64,000 bases of DNA from Octopus bimaculoides (Eukaryota). Both the position numbers and the translations under genes were made by a program. Shown one piece after another: positions 50,913 to 63,690 of this stretch. The notes below the pieces were generated by a model. It saw nothing but the letters and a program-made list of their open reading frames with translations. It did not search any database and was not told the origin of the DNA. The DNA lies in NCBI RefSeq assembly GCF_001194135.2, contig NC_068991.1, forward strand, positions 78,340,545 through 78,404,544, given 5' to 3'. How positions within the stretch are numbered: position 1 is the stretch's first letter; every line of letters starts with the position of its first letter.

Positions 50913-52228
50913 CTGAAAAACACAAAAAAAAAAAAAAAATTCAAGAAAAAGATAAGGAAAAAATTTGACAAATCTAACCTTTTTGTTACCATGTTTCTGT
51001 TGACAAATACTGCCTTTGTTTCAATTAATTTCGAAAATAATAAAAACTTAATTAAAATAACTTTGTCATAATTAAGCTGGTGCTTGGAAGTTAACATGAA
51101 AATTTGATGGAAGGTTTTCATTTAGATCCCTTTCAAACAGGAAGTTTTTATCAGAGGACCAANNNNNNNNNNCAAATCTAACCTTTTTGTTACCATGTTT
51201 CTGTTGACAAATACTGCCTTTGTTTCAATTAATTTCGAAAATAATAAAAACTTAATTAAAATAACTTTGTCATAATTAAGCTGGTGCTTGGAAGTTAACA
51301 TGAAAATTTGATGGAAGGTTTTCATTTAGATCCCTTTCAAACAGGAAGTTTTTATCAGAGGACCAAGTGGGGGGGGGGGTTCAGACAGGTTCATGGGTGT
51401 GGGAACAGAATGTGCAGGGGGTGCAAGCATACCATCTAAAAGTCTTGGGGTGTGCAAAATCGAAATTTGGACCCCTAGTTACTTTTCTCATGTTTAGAAA
51501 ACAAAGCGTAAAAAGTAGCTTAAAATTAAGTTTCTTCTCAAAGAACAAAGAACAAAAATAAATAAAACAAAACCTTGTTTGTAAAAAAATTTGGGACCTG
51601 GGTTTGTATCCGTTAAGTAAATTTTGCTCCTGAGCCAGTGGGCCGGTTAGAAAGAGAAAGAGACAAAGAATTATATATTTTTCATCATTAGCATCAGGTT
51701 TCATTATAATCATCCTCATTGGTTTAACATTTACTTTGCTATGCTTGACTGGGTCAGACAAGATCTGTTGAGGGAGATTTTCTACAGTTGGTTGCTTCTC
51801 TTAACACCAACCTGCATGTTTACAAGCACTTATATAACTATGGTGCTTGTTGTTGCATCGATTGCATGGTGTCAAGGCAAGGAGACACAAGTACACACAC
51901 ATATATATACATGTAGTTAAATATTAATATATATGACGGACTCTCCCGTCAAAGATGATGTATGAACGTCTAGCTTTTGTTGAATGACCTGCACAAATGA
52001 TTGGTTTATAGTGATCAAAATGTATGTGTCGGATATCATTTCCTTCCTCTCCATCAAATCAACATTACCTGAACAGGTACACACTGTACCATGCATCAGG
52101 TGTCAAAGTGATCATAGAGCAACGTTAGAGGAGGTGTTTTGCTCAAGAACACAATGCACCACCTGGCCGAGGAACTGAAAACAGGATCTATCTATCTATC
52201 TATCTATCTCTCTCTATATATATATATA

Positions 52229-52610
52229 TGTATGTATATCAATTTAAATAAGAGCTAAAAGATGATCCATTGTAAAAACTTTATTATGACCTATGATCAT
52301 TTCAATGCAATATCCAGACCAACACATGCATATTATAAAATATGGAATATTGTATCTCTTCAGGGTCAGATTAATTCATAGCAGACAGTAAAAACAGAAA
52401 ACATTCATAGATGTTCTAGGACAACTATGAATGTTTTCTGTTTTTACTGTCTGCTATGAATGAATTAATCTGACCCTGTAGAGGTACAATATTCCATATT
52501 TTATAATATGCATGAATCGATCTGGATATTGCATCGAAATGATCATAGGTCATAATAAAGTTTTTACAATGGATCATCTTTTAGCTCTTATTTAAATTGA
52601 TATACATACA
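52229..52610. repeat. Near-perfect palindrome (fold-back element), arms about 182-186 bp
   Basis: 52229-52410 is the reverse complement of 52425-52610 with few mismatches; the 14-nt centre is itself partly self-complementary. Confidence 0.9.
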
Positions 52611-52692
52611 AAAACTCACATGTGAGAATTTTGCTACGTTGATAACAGATACAATATTTTTACCAAATTTTGGTATAGATCTATAAATACAT

Positions 52693-52754
<62 letters not shown>

Positions 52755-54029
52755 ATATGTATATATATATATATATATAGATATGTAAAAATATGTATAT
52801 ATATATGTATATAAATATAAACCCCAAAAATGGAACAGGAACGCAACAGATAATAAAACATCCAGATGGATAGACGATGCTTGGATATATATATATACAC
52901 ACACACGCGTATAGACATACACATGCATATATGTACACACACACAGATGTACACATGCACACACATACATATATGCGTATGTGTGTGTGTTTGTTTCTAG
53001 GTGCTTGTATTATTTTACCTGTATACTGATTGTCATGATGTATTTTTTGTTTTACACAAAGCATTCCAGCTAATTTTGAAAGTCTACCTAGATAATGTCT
53101 GACCGTACAATTTGCATAACTATAGAAATTACAAACATTTTAAAATTTTCTTTTCTGCAAAACGATTCCAGTTTAATGAATAAGCATGTCCTGAATAATT
53201 TGCAACATCTGTTTTGTATACAAAACTTTGACAACGAATATTCAATTGATACAAAGCATAATGTGATCAATCGTATGTTTGAGAGGTGACTGGTTTTAAA
53301 TGTGTGAACTGTCTGTGTTCCAGTAATGTGTGCATGCGTGTGTATGTGTATTTGGATGTGTGTGTATACATCCGTGAGTTTGCGTGTACTTCTAGGTGCG
53401 TGTTTTTACCTGTAACATTGTACACTCATACACACACATTTATATTTATATATTTATACATGTATATATGTGTACATATGTTATATGTGCAAGTGTGTGC
53501 ACTTATATATACATACACACACACACATACATCTGTGTGCATTTGTGTAAGTATAACTTTCCTCCTCCTCCTCCTCCTCATCATCATCATCATCACCACC
53601 ACTACCACCACCACCACTTAATGTCCGTTTGCATGCTGTCATGGGTTGGACAGTTTAACAGGATTTGATGAGCTGCAGAGCTATGTCAGGCCTCGGTGTC
53701 TCCTTTGGCAATGGTTTTTATGTCTGGATTTCCTTCCTTTATAGCTGTGTGTACATCCTTATATATGTTCACAAGTGCACGTATGTGTGTGTACGTATGA
53801 ACAAATATAAGGGTGTGAATATCTGTTTGTGTGTGTGAAGTATCAACAGTGTGTGCAATCTTGAATGTATTTATCTCTGCTCATAGTTGAATAACCAGAA
53901 TTTAAGCTGACCCTTGACTGGCCTTGATCAGTGAGGAGACTTGCAAATATTCCTAGGGCAGATGAGCTCCTCAAGAGCTAACAGCACCTCTATCCTAAGC
54001 AAGAGATGAGCACCACCCACTGACGTGGC

Positions 54030-54447
54030 CGATGACAGTACTGCCCAATTGGCACTTGTGCTAGTGGAATGTTAAAAGCACCATTCAAGCATGATTGCTG
54101 CCAGCGTCGCCTTACTGGCACATGTGCCAGTGGCATGTGAAAAATAACATTCGACCGTGGTCATTGCCAGTGCTGCTGGACTGCAGGTGGCATGTAAGAA
54201 ACACCTTTTGAGTGTCGTCGTTGACAGTACCACCTGACTGAGCCTCATGCCGGTGGCATGTAAAAGCACCCACTACACTCTCAGAGTGGTTGGTGTTAGG
54301 AAGGGCATCCAGCTGTAGAAACTCTGCCAAATCAGACTGGAGCCTGGTGCAGCCATCTGGTTCGCCAGTCCTCAGTCAAATCGTCCAACCCATGGTAGCA
54401 TGGAAAGCGGACGTTAAACGACGACGATGATGATGATGATGATGATG
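54030..54447 (+). mobile_element. RTE LINE 3' UTR with tandem subunits and (GAT)n tail
   Basis: Matches 40490-40784; further copies at 31036-31285, 44495-44735 (-), 55183-55427, 56340-56545. Confidence 0.8.
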
Positions 54448-54710
54448 AATGAAATACATGAATGGAAGTTACACCAATATTTTAATTCTATATGAAACTA
54501 GTTCGAGGCCCAGGTTCCCAAAGGAAGATCAAAGCTGAGGGAGTTGGAAAAGTTTGGTAAGATAAGTCAAGAGCATTAATGGCAGAAATGATATGAGAAT
54601 TGCTTGAGTTAGATAATCTAAGATCTTTGGCATTTATCAGATTTTACAGAACGGGCGAAATAGAGCCATCTTCCAATGATGATTCTGTTGCAAGTCTTTC
54701 CTTAGATTAC

Positions 54711-54820
54711 CTTCTTCTGTAAGGTATTTTGTCAACTCCTCCTTGGTGAGAAAACCTTTATCCTCAGAATCCAGTTTCTGGAATGCTTTAAGAAGAATAT
54801 CTTCAGATGCTGGTTTAAAT
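54711..54820 (-). CDS. EFCAB2: EFCAB2/DRC8 exon 5
   Basis: (R)FKPASEDILLKAFQKLDSEDKGFLTKEELTKYLTEE+G; EF-hand loop DSEDKGFLTKEE. Confidence 0.92.
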
Positions 54821-54932
54821 CTAGAATTGCAAAAAAATAAGTCAGAGATAAATTCTACAAGATTCTGTTGATTTGTAAATTTTTTTCAGAAATTCAAAGA
54901 AGTAAATTCTTAAATTAAACAAAAGTCTCTAC

Positions 54933-55012
54933 CTGTGTTCAAGAACTGCTTTGACCATTGCTGGACGGAATCTTTCAAGCCTTATATGGCCTGTTGGTTC
55001 TTCATCTTCAAC
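54933..55012 (-). CDS. EFCAB2: EFCAB2/DRC8 exon 4
   Basis: VEDEEPTGHIRLERFRPAMVKAVLEH+AG; cf. VEEEEPTGYIRFEKF. Confidence 0.92.
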
Positions 55013-55951
55013 CTAAAACAAACGGATTACATTTATTGATCTCAATTCAAAATTCAGTTATCAACAAATAGTTTGAACACTGATTTCTAACCTAGTTTGA
55101 GGATCCATCCACTCTGATAAGCTCTCACCAATGTCTCTACATTCTTTCCAGATAGTTCCATTCATGGCTACGAGAGGATGGGGCTGAAAAAGCACCATTC
55201 GAGTGTGGTCAATGCCAGTGCTGCCTGACTAGTCCCCGTGCTGGTGACACATAAAAAAACACCCACTACACTCTTAAAGTGGTTGGCACTAGGAAGGGAA
55301 TCCAACTGTAGAAACCTTGCCAGATCAGACTGGAGCCTGGTGCAGCCTCTTGGCTTTCCAGTCCTCAGTCAAACCGTCCAACCCATGCCAGAATGGAATG
55401 CAGACATTAAATGATGATGATGATGATTGAAGTGGTCCTTCAGTTTTTCTAAAGCCTGTAAAATAACTCAGAAGGTTGGGTCTCCAGCCAAGCCTTTCAC
55501 AATACCCTTAAAGCCAAGAACTCTTCTTCCTCCTCCTCCTCCTCCCCCCTCCTCCTTCTTCTTCTTCTTGTCTTGCAAGTTACTTGGTGATATCCTTAGT
55601 GCTGATGCCATGAAAAAAAAGTATCCTGTCCACTCTGAAAAGTGGTTGGCATTAAAGAAGGATATCCAACCATAGAAAAACCATGCCAAAGCAGCCACTG
55701 GAACCCACCACAGTCCCCTGGTTCAGTGCATCTTGTCAACCATTCTACTCCAGGCCAGAATAGAAATTAAATTACGATGGTGATGAAGATGATGATGACA
55801 TAGGTGTCAAATATTTTGGCAGAGGCAATCAAGACTGACCCCAGTGCTGTTACTTTATCTTAACTAATCCTGGATTCAATGAATGTTTTAAATATGCGTG
55901 AAGTTCAGTACGTTACCCTTAAAACTTAATTATATTTAATATATACGTTAC

Positions 55952-56024
55952 CTGGGTGATAAATTCACTGAGTTCTGCTTCCGATGGACAACAAAACAAC
56001 GAGCGTATGATGGTTCCCACCTCT
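55952..56024 (-). CDS. EFCAB2: EFCAB2/DRC8 exon 3
   Basis: (R)EVGTIIRSLFCCPSEAELSEFITQ; cf. EIGTIIRSLGCCPTEGEL. Confidence 0.92.
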
Positions 56025-57258
56025 CTGCAGTAAACGGTAAGTAAATATCCATATTTCAGTTATGTATAAAACAAGCCATAAAATAAAACATTTATAAATA
56101 ACACCTTATGAATAACTACTATACTGAAGGGCAAACACTTTCAAACTGGGGCCCACAGGGTCTAAGGGTCCACAAATGGGATAAAGATCCGTGTTTAACA
56201 TTTAAAAAAATTACTTTACAAATTGTATAATGAATCATTGTAATCTTGTGAACTCGGCCTCGCCATCAATGCTACACCTCCCCTCCTACCCCCCCTAATC
56301 GTGGGTTGTCTTGTTTTGAAAGTTACTTGATGACTTCATTACTGCTTGTGTGATGTAAAAAGCACCCAGCACACCCTAAAGAGGTTGGCATTAGGAAGGG
56401 CATCCAGTTATAGAAATCATGCCAAAACGGTCAGTAGAGGTTGGTCTTGGTGAAGTCTTCTGACTTGCCAGTTCCTATCAAGCCATCTTACACCTGCCAG
56501 CAGAGCAAAGCAGACATTAAACGATGATGATGATGATGATGATGATTGGTTAATTATTCAGTTACTTGTATCTTTAAATGTTGGGTTGTAGATGTAACCT
56601 ATGTCGCAGTTTAATAGCACCACCAGGAACCCTTGAGTGACTGTTGTCAGCATTCTGGTCATGACTTGAAGATTGAAGACAGTTTCCTTCCTTTCTGCCT
56701 TCCTCTCCTCTTGTTGGCCCCTGTAAAAGGGTCAAGGGGCTTAACTTAACTAAGCAGTAATATAAAATTTCAAAAGACAAAACTGGGGAAAACGAATTTA
56801 TTGTTATTAAATAAAATCAGCTTCAAAAGCTGAGACAAAATTTATTTAAATAAAAATGGAGTCTTTTGGTTGTGGAAAGGTTGACAACCCCTGCTTTAAG
56901 ATTTAACATTTTAGTATTTAAACCGACCACATATGGTTGAAATATTCTACCTGTTTTTTGTTCAAACCAATCAGATCCAGCCTCTTACACCTACCCTACA
57001 ATGTCATTCTAGAAATAAACAATTGCATCATTGAAATCTTGAAGCTATGAGATAATGCATGTTTAAGTCAAAACAATGAAGATAAATAACAGTTACATAT
57101 AACAAAATAACTGTTCAGTTATTTAATTTGCTGGCAGAGTGAGCCTAGTTGTGGTCACTTGACTTGCCAGAAATAGCAGCCAAATTACTTGTAAAGTTTA
57201 TTGCAATCCTCCAAAACTGATAATTAATCTCGTCTGTCATTGGCTTTTTGTTTCTTAC

Positions 57259-57343
57259 CGCATATCGACTGTTCCGTTTGATTCATAGTCAAAGACATCA
57301 AATGCTTCCGTGACCTTCTTTTCCAACTCAGCTACAAGGTTTT
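57259..57343 (-). CDS. EFCAB2: EFCAB2/DRC8 exon 2
   Basis: (E)NLVAELEKKVTEAFDVFDYESNGTVDM+CG; EF-hand loop DYESNGTVDMRE; GTAAGA donor. Confidence 0.92.
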
Positions 57344-57399
57344 CTACAACAGAATAACAAACCAAAAATGAAACTCATCATATGCATACTTCATTTACA

Positions 57400-57768
57400 T
57401 ATCTGTCTTTGCTTCCCAACCACATGGTTCCAGGTTCAATCCCACTGTGTAGCACCTTGGGCAAGTGTCTTATACTATAGCCTTGGGCTGACCAAAGCCT
57501 TGTGAGCGGATTTGGTAGATGGAAACTGAGAGAAGCCTGTTGTATATATGTGTGTGTGTGTGTGTATGTGTCTCTTTGTGTCTGTGTTTGTCCCCCATCA
57601 TCACTGCTTGACAAATGGTGTTCGCGTCTATGTCTCTGTAACTTAGCAGTTTGGCAAACGAGACAGATAGAATAAGTACTAGGCTTTAAAAAAAAGTCCT
57701 AAAGTCAATTTGTTCAATTAAAACTCTTCAAGGTGGTGCTCCAGCATGGCCACAGTAAAAGAGTAAAA

Positions 57769-57770
<2 letters not shown>
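57400..57770 (+). mobile_element. SINE family A
   Basis: Colinear with 36346-36766. Confidence 0.75.
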
Positions 57771-57836
<66 letters not shown>

Positions 57837-57865
57837 GTGTGTGTGCGTGTGTGTGTGCATCAGTA

Positions 57866-58187
57866 TGGGAAGGCACGTGGCTTAGTGTGCAGGGTATTCG
57901 GCTGACGATTGTAAGATCGTAAGTGCGATTATTCCTGGCAGCGTGTTGTATCCCAAGTTGCACCAGTCCACTCGGCTGGCAAAAATGAGTTGTACCTGTA
58001 ATACAAAAGGAAGCCAGCCTTGTCACATTTGGTGTACCATGCTGAATCTGCATATGAACTATGTTAAGGGAACACCTGTCTGTGGAGTACTCAGCCACTT
58101 GTACGTTTATTTCACGAGCAGACTGTTCTGTTGATTGGATCAACTGGAATACTCGTCGTCGTAACCGACAGAGCCATAGCCAGTTAT
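57866..58187 (+). mobile_element. SINE-like element of a different family (tRNA-like head, CCAGTCCACTCGGCTG..AAATGAGT core)
   Basis: A-box-like TGGCTTAGTG plus a SINE-type central domain; runs into gap 58188-58674. Confidence 0.45.
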
Positions 58188-58674
58188 NNNNNNNNNNNNN
58201 NNNNNNNNNNNNNNNNNNNNNNNNNNNNNNNNNNNNNNNNNNNNNNNNNNNNNNNNNNNNNNNNNNNNNNNNNNNNNNNNNNNNNNNNNNNNNNNNNNNN
58301 NNNNNNNNNNNNNNNNNNNNNNNNNNNNNNNNNNNNNNNNNNNNNNNNNNNNNNNNNNNNNNNNNNNNNNNNNNNNNNNNNNNNNNNNNNNNNNNNNNNN
58401 NNNNNNNNNNNNNNNNNNNNNNNNNNNNNNNNNNNNNNNNNNNNNNNNNNNNNNNNNNNNNNNNNNNNNNNNNNNNNNNNNNNNNNNNNNNNNNNNNNNN
58501 NNNNNNNNNNNNNNNNNNNNNNNNNNNNNNNNNNNNNNNNNNNNNNNNNNNNNNNNNNNNNNNNNNNNNNNNNNNNNNNNNNNNNNNNNNNNNNNNNNNN
58601 NNNNNNNNNNNNNNNNNNNNNNNNNNNNNNNNNNNNNNNNNNNNNNNNNNNNNNNNNNNNNNNNNNNNNNNNNN

Positions 58675-58745
<71 letters not shown>

Positions 58746-59026
58746 TGCTTATATCCTGGCTGTGATAAAAGAACACCAAAACAAAAACTCGAAAGGTGTC
58801 ATTGAAATCATTAATGTTTTTTAAAAGAATATTTTAAGGGAATTCCTTTAGAAGAGAGAAACCCAATTCCGAGGTGAAAGCGTCGGCTGCTCATCGATCG
58901 TTTTCCTCGCCAATTCCGAGCAAATGGATCAGGATAAATACGAAATTGTCCTAAAACCATTTGGTTTTCTTTTCATTTTCTATCGATTCAAAATGGTATA
59001 AAATCAACAAAAAATGCGATTTTTAC

Positions 59027-59069
59027 CTGCTTTTTCTTTTTTACTTTCTGTAAACCGAACCGTTGTCAT
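59027..59069 (-). CDS. EFCAB2: EFCAB2/DRC8 exon 1
   Basis: ATG 59069, MTTVRFTESKKEKA+G, CAG|GTAAAA donor; phase 1 matches exon 2; total ORF 171 aa. Confidence 0.72.
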
Positions 59070-59075
59070 GATTAC
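59062..59075 (-). promoter_or_regulatory. RFX X-box
   Basis: GTAATC-AT-GACAAC matches GTHNYY-AT-RRNAAC fully and lies in a ciliary (N-DRC) gene. Confidence 0.55.
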
Positions 59076-61019
59076 AAATGCGGTGTAAGAGGAAAAAAGT
59101 GATATCCTTAAGAAAAATGCAACCGGTCTTTTTAACATGTACAAACTTTCTGAACCAATTTACTTTTTGTTCGTGTTGGAATAAAATAAATATCAATGTG
59201 AAGCTAACGAGCAAGCATGTACGGGGTCACTTGGCTTGCTAAAAATAACAGCTAAATTTTCTTCAAATCATACTGTCTTAAAAAAGAATAACTATTTAAA
59301 ATTTTAGGCGCAAGACCAGCAGGTCTTGAGAGGAGGGGGAAGTCAATCACATCGACCCCAGTACTTGACTGGTACTTATTTTAAGGAGCACGAAAAAATG
59401 AACGACGAAATTTGAGTTCAGAACACGAAGACGGACGAAATGCCGCTAAGCATTTTGTCCGGCGCGATAACGGTTTTAAAAATAATTGTAATGATAGAAA
59501 AAGTAGAACTTGTGTTTCATATACAAAAAAAGAAAAAAAGACTGGACGGTCACGGCTGGAACGATAATGACTCGATCACACCATGTTCTAATCGGGAAGA
59601 TGTCGTTCTCTTTAACCCCATACTAATGGAACCTTGGAGGATTGCAGTGCAATCCACTCTGGACTATCCTTCGGAGATGGTATCACAAAACTGAAACTAA
59701 AAATCATGTTTTATCTCATTTTGTTCGGCAATTTCAGTAAAAAAGAAAATTTCTCACATTTTTTTCAGCTCACACACTATACATACACAAATATACACAC
59801 TTGCATATAAACGCATACACACATATATTTAGACACCCACACAAACAAACATACATACATACATACTATACACTCAATGGAAAAAATGTTTTGCGGTATT
59901 TCTTCCGATTTCTTAGTTCATATCCCACCGAAGTCGACTTTACTTCTCATTTTTTCTGGGTCGATAAAGTAAAGTACCAGTCACGTACTTGAGGTGAATG
60001 GCATCAACTAACGGCCTCCTCGCCAAATTTCAGGCCTTGTGTCTAGATTAGAAACACTTATTGCCTTTCAAGTTATACGCGGTCTCTTTCTTAAGGGAAT
60101 AAATTTTGAAAAATGTTTTACGGAGTTTTTTCCCTTCGTTTAAAAAAATTTAGCTTACTCTCCTTATGACATCTAAAATCTACAATCGATATTGACAAGG
60201 TTACAAAAGCAACGAAAATTTAGAAGAAAAAAATATAAATAATAAATGAGTGGAAATCGAATCGGTGTGTGTGTTAGATAATAAGGCATTAAGACAATAT
60301 GACGCTCCACAGACTCAACAAAATATTATTAATGATAGAGAAAACATCGACTTCATCAACTGTGTGTGTGTGCTCGCTCTGCGCACACACACACATCTCA
60401 AAGGAAAATAGATGCATCTTTTTATGCCGTATTTTTTCTGTGCGGACACTACCCAGCGTAAGGCATATCTCCTAAATCCTAGATTAAGTATTTAAATGCA
60501 TCAAATGACATTATTTGGTTCCTAGAAATAAATCTTTTGCAAACAGGATTGAGCACATCCCTCTTGAAATTTAATTCATAATAACCAACAATTGCAAGTT
60601 AACAAAATTCTCGTCAATTTGTACAGTTTTAGTTGGTCATGTAAACATCGTAGCTAGGATAATCTGTACTCGACCACCAAACTTAGATAATCTCTGTACC
60701 GGACCACTAATTTAAAGATTAGTAGATCAGGCCAATGTTTCTAGTGAAACCTCAAGGGGTAAGCCTGAGTGGATTGGTTAGGGGCGAGAAAAACTTGTCC
60801 ATCTCCACGGCAAGCGTAAGATGGACGCCATACCCAATGGAGTCCCCAGTGTCACAAATGTTCGGATTAAGTCTTCTGTTGGAAGATATCAGAATATGTT
60901 ATATTATTTGTGTTACTTCATACTGCGGCAAACGATGTCTCGTCGTTTCATTCTTCCTTTTGCACAATAAGTATCAGAAGCGTTACCATGGATATGGGGT
61001 GCCCGTTGTTATTCGAGCT

Positions 61020-61238
61020 GAAGAAGAAGACGAAAGAAAGAAAAGGAGGAGGAGAAGAAGAAAGAAAGAAAAGGAGAAGGATTAGAAGAAGAAAGAAAAG
61101 AAGGAGGAGAAGAATAAGAATAAGAAGACGGAAAGAAAGAAAGAAGGGAAGAAAAGGAGACGGAGGAGAAGAAGAAGAAAGAGAGAAAGAAAAGGAGGAG
61201 GAGAAGAAGAAATGTAGGAATAGTAGAAGTAAGAAAAG
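61020..61238. repeat. Purine-rich (GAA/GGA) low-complexity tract
   Basis: Seen directly; source of the K/R/E-rich and F/L/S-rich ORFs. Confidence 0.9.
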
Positions 61239-63389
61239 GGTCATCCGGGCAACACAAAGCTAACAGTGAAGAGCGTTTAGTGATGTCGTTCGTTGGGTTT
61301 TATTGTGTGCCTTGTTGAGTGTTAGGGATTATGCGATTAGCGGCGAGGGGACGAAACACGGCATGCGGTTCATAATGTTAGAAGGAAGGTGTTAGCTGTT
61401 ACCGCTGATCCACAGTATTTGACTGGCACTTTATTTTATGGACCCCGAAAGGTTGAAAGGCAAAATTGACTTTGGTGGAATTTGAACTCAGAACATAAGG
61501 AGTCGGAAGAAATGCCGCTAAGTATTTTGTTCGACGCGATAACGACTTAATGATAATAACAATCCTTTCTACTCTAGGCACAAGGCCTGAAATTCCGGGG
61601 GAGGGGACAAGTCAATTGCATCGACCCCAGTGCGTAACTGGTGCTTAATTTATCGACTCCGACAGGATGAAAGGCAAAGTCGACCTCGGCGGAATTTGAA
61701 CTCAGAACGTAGCGGCAGACGAAATGCCGCTAAGCATTTCTCCCGGCGTGCTAACGGTTCTGCCAGCTCGCTACCTTCACCTTATTGATAATAAGTTTAT
61801 GGAAAGGGGGTCAGTCGATTGCATTGCCTCTAGTACTTCACTTGTACTTTATTTTATCGACCCTGAAAGAATGAAAAGTAAAGTTGACCTTGGAACATAA
61901 AGAACCGGAAGTAAAACTGCTTTTGAGCAGTTTTCTCCGAGAGAAAATATTTAAGTTTGTGTCGTTCCATGTTTTTGTATGAAGAATAAATATCCCAGAT
62001 ATCGACATTTTAATCTCATGTTATTTCATTAGTTTTACTAAGACTTCATGCCTATCTAAGGTGGTGAGCTGGCAGAATCGTTGTCATGCCGGACAAACTG
62101 CTTAGCGGTATTTCGTCTGTCTTTACGTTCGGAGTTCAAATTCCGCCGAGGTCGACTTTGCCTTTCATCCTTTCGGGGTCGATAAATTAAGTACCATTTA
62201 TGCACTGGGGCCGATGTAATCGACTATTCCCCTCCCCCAAATTTCAGGCCTTGTGCCAAGAGTAGAAATGAATCGTTATCACACCGAACAAAATGTTTAG
62301 CGGTATTTCGTCCGTCTTTACATTCTGAGTTCAAATTCCGCCGAGGTCAACTTTGCTTTTCGTTCTTTCGTGATCGATAAAATAAGTACCAGTTGAGAAC
62401 TGGGGTCAGTGTAATCGACTTAGCCCTTCTCTCGAAATTGCTGGCCTTGTGCCAAAATTTGAAACCGATATTTCATATCTATATAAAGTCTTTTCATTAT
62501 TACTCAAATCATTCAGGCAACACGTGATTTGAAAATCTGATGCTTGTGAGACCAGAAAATATTTTGAAAGATAGAAAATAATATTACAAGTTTCGATCCT
62601 AACAAGAACACTTGTACGATGAATGCTTATTCTTGTTTTTTCTTCTTTTTTGTTTCTTTCTGTGATACAATACGAAGGTTTTTGAAAAGCGCCAAACATC
62701 CTAACAAACATATTTCACTTTATCTAATTCAAAAAAGCTATTGAGAAACGTATGAGCGCTACACAATCTCATTTTTCTTATTTCTTCCAGAAGAATCAAA
62801 TGGAAGTGTTTGTGTTTGTGAAAGGAATCTGTTTGAGGTCATTGTAACTTTTAACTTTTATATGCGATGCTGCATATTTTACTCGAAGGTATTTGTCATG
62901 TGAATATTTAAACATATCATTCACGTATATTCAGTGTCAAAGTCCCCGAAAAGCAAGATATGATTTATATTTTCTTCCTTTCGAACCGTGCTTGATAGAT
63001 ATACAGAAAACAGTATTGATCGTAAACACACACACACACACACATTCGTATTTCCGTTATTTGCTTAGTTTCCACTGGCTGGTTTCGACGCCATGTTCTC
63101 TTTCCAGATGTTTCTAATATATCGTCTTGTGAACTTCGTTGAAGATGATATAAAACACAACTTTCTCTGATTTACCGCTTTTAGCTACAAGTTTCATTCA
63201 AGTTCTAATTTCACCGATGTATTTACATTGGTGGTGAAGTGGTTTCGACTTATCGTTGTTGGCGCAAATACCGTAACGACCTTCCAGATATAAAGAAAAA
63301 GAAAAAGGAGAAGAAAGAAAGTATAATCGATTCATTTGATCGAAGAAAAATACTTGAGATCGATTAAAGTAGCCTTGGAGACTGAATGA

Positions 63390-63690
63390 CATGTTAAATA
63401 ATGTATTCTTTAGATACACTATGTTTGAAAAACACATTGGATAATGTAGTCCAAGATATACTATGGTTAGAAGAAACATTACATAATGTAGTTCTAGATG
63501 TCAGAAAGACACATTGAATAATGTAGTCTTAGATACACTATGACAGAAAGACATTAAACAGTGTAGTCCTAGATAGACTAAGTCCGAAGGCCACACTATT
63601 TGATATAGTGTTAGATAGACACAATGAATAATGTACTCCTAGATACATTATGTTTGAAGATTACGTTAGATAAGGCAATCCTAAATGTAC
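63390..63690. repeat. Degenerate minisatellite, about 42-bp unit, about 7 copies
   Basis: Recurrent AATGTAGTCCTAGATACACTATG core at about 63400, 63443, 63485, 63520, 63560, 63630. Confidence 0.7.

Noticed and set aside
50969-51366. Exact 194-bp tandem duplication (50969-51162 / 51173-51366)
   Set aside because: The copies are identical and separated by a 10-N gap, the signature of an unmerged contig overlap in scaffolding
53088-53289. Short opposing ORFs in EFCAB2 intron 5
   Set aside because: Not needed for the EFCAB2 frame, no homology recognised, low-complexity AT-rich sequence
63198-63290. Possible minus-strand terminal exon after a pyrimidine tract (GRYGICANNDKSKPLHHQCKYIGEIRT*)
   Set aside because: The acceptor is separated from the pyrimidine tract, no family is recognised and no upstream exon is visible; unsupported
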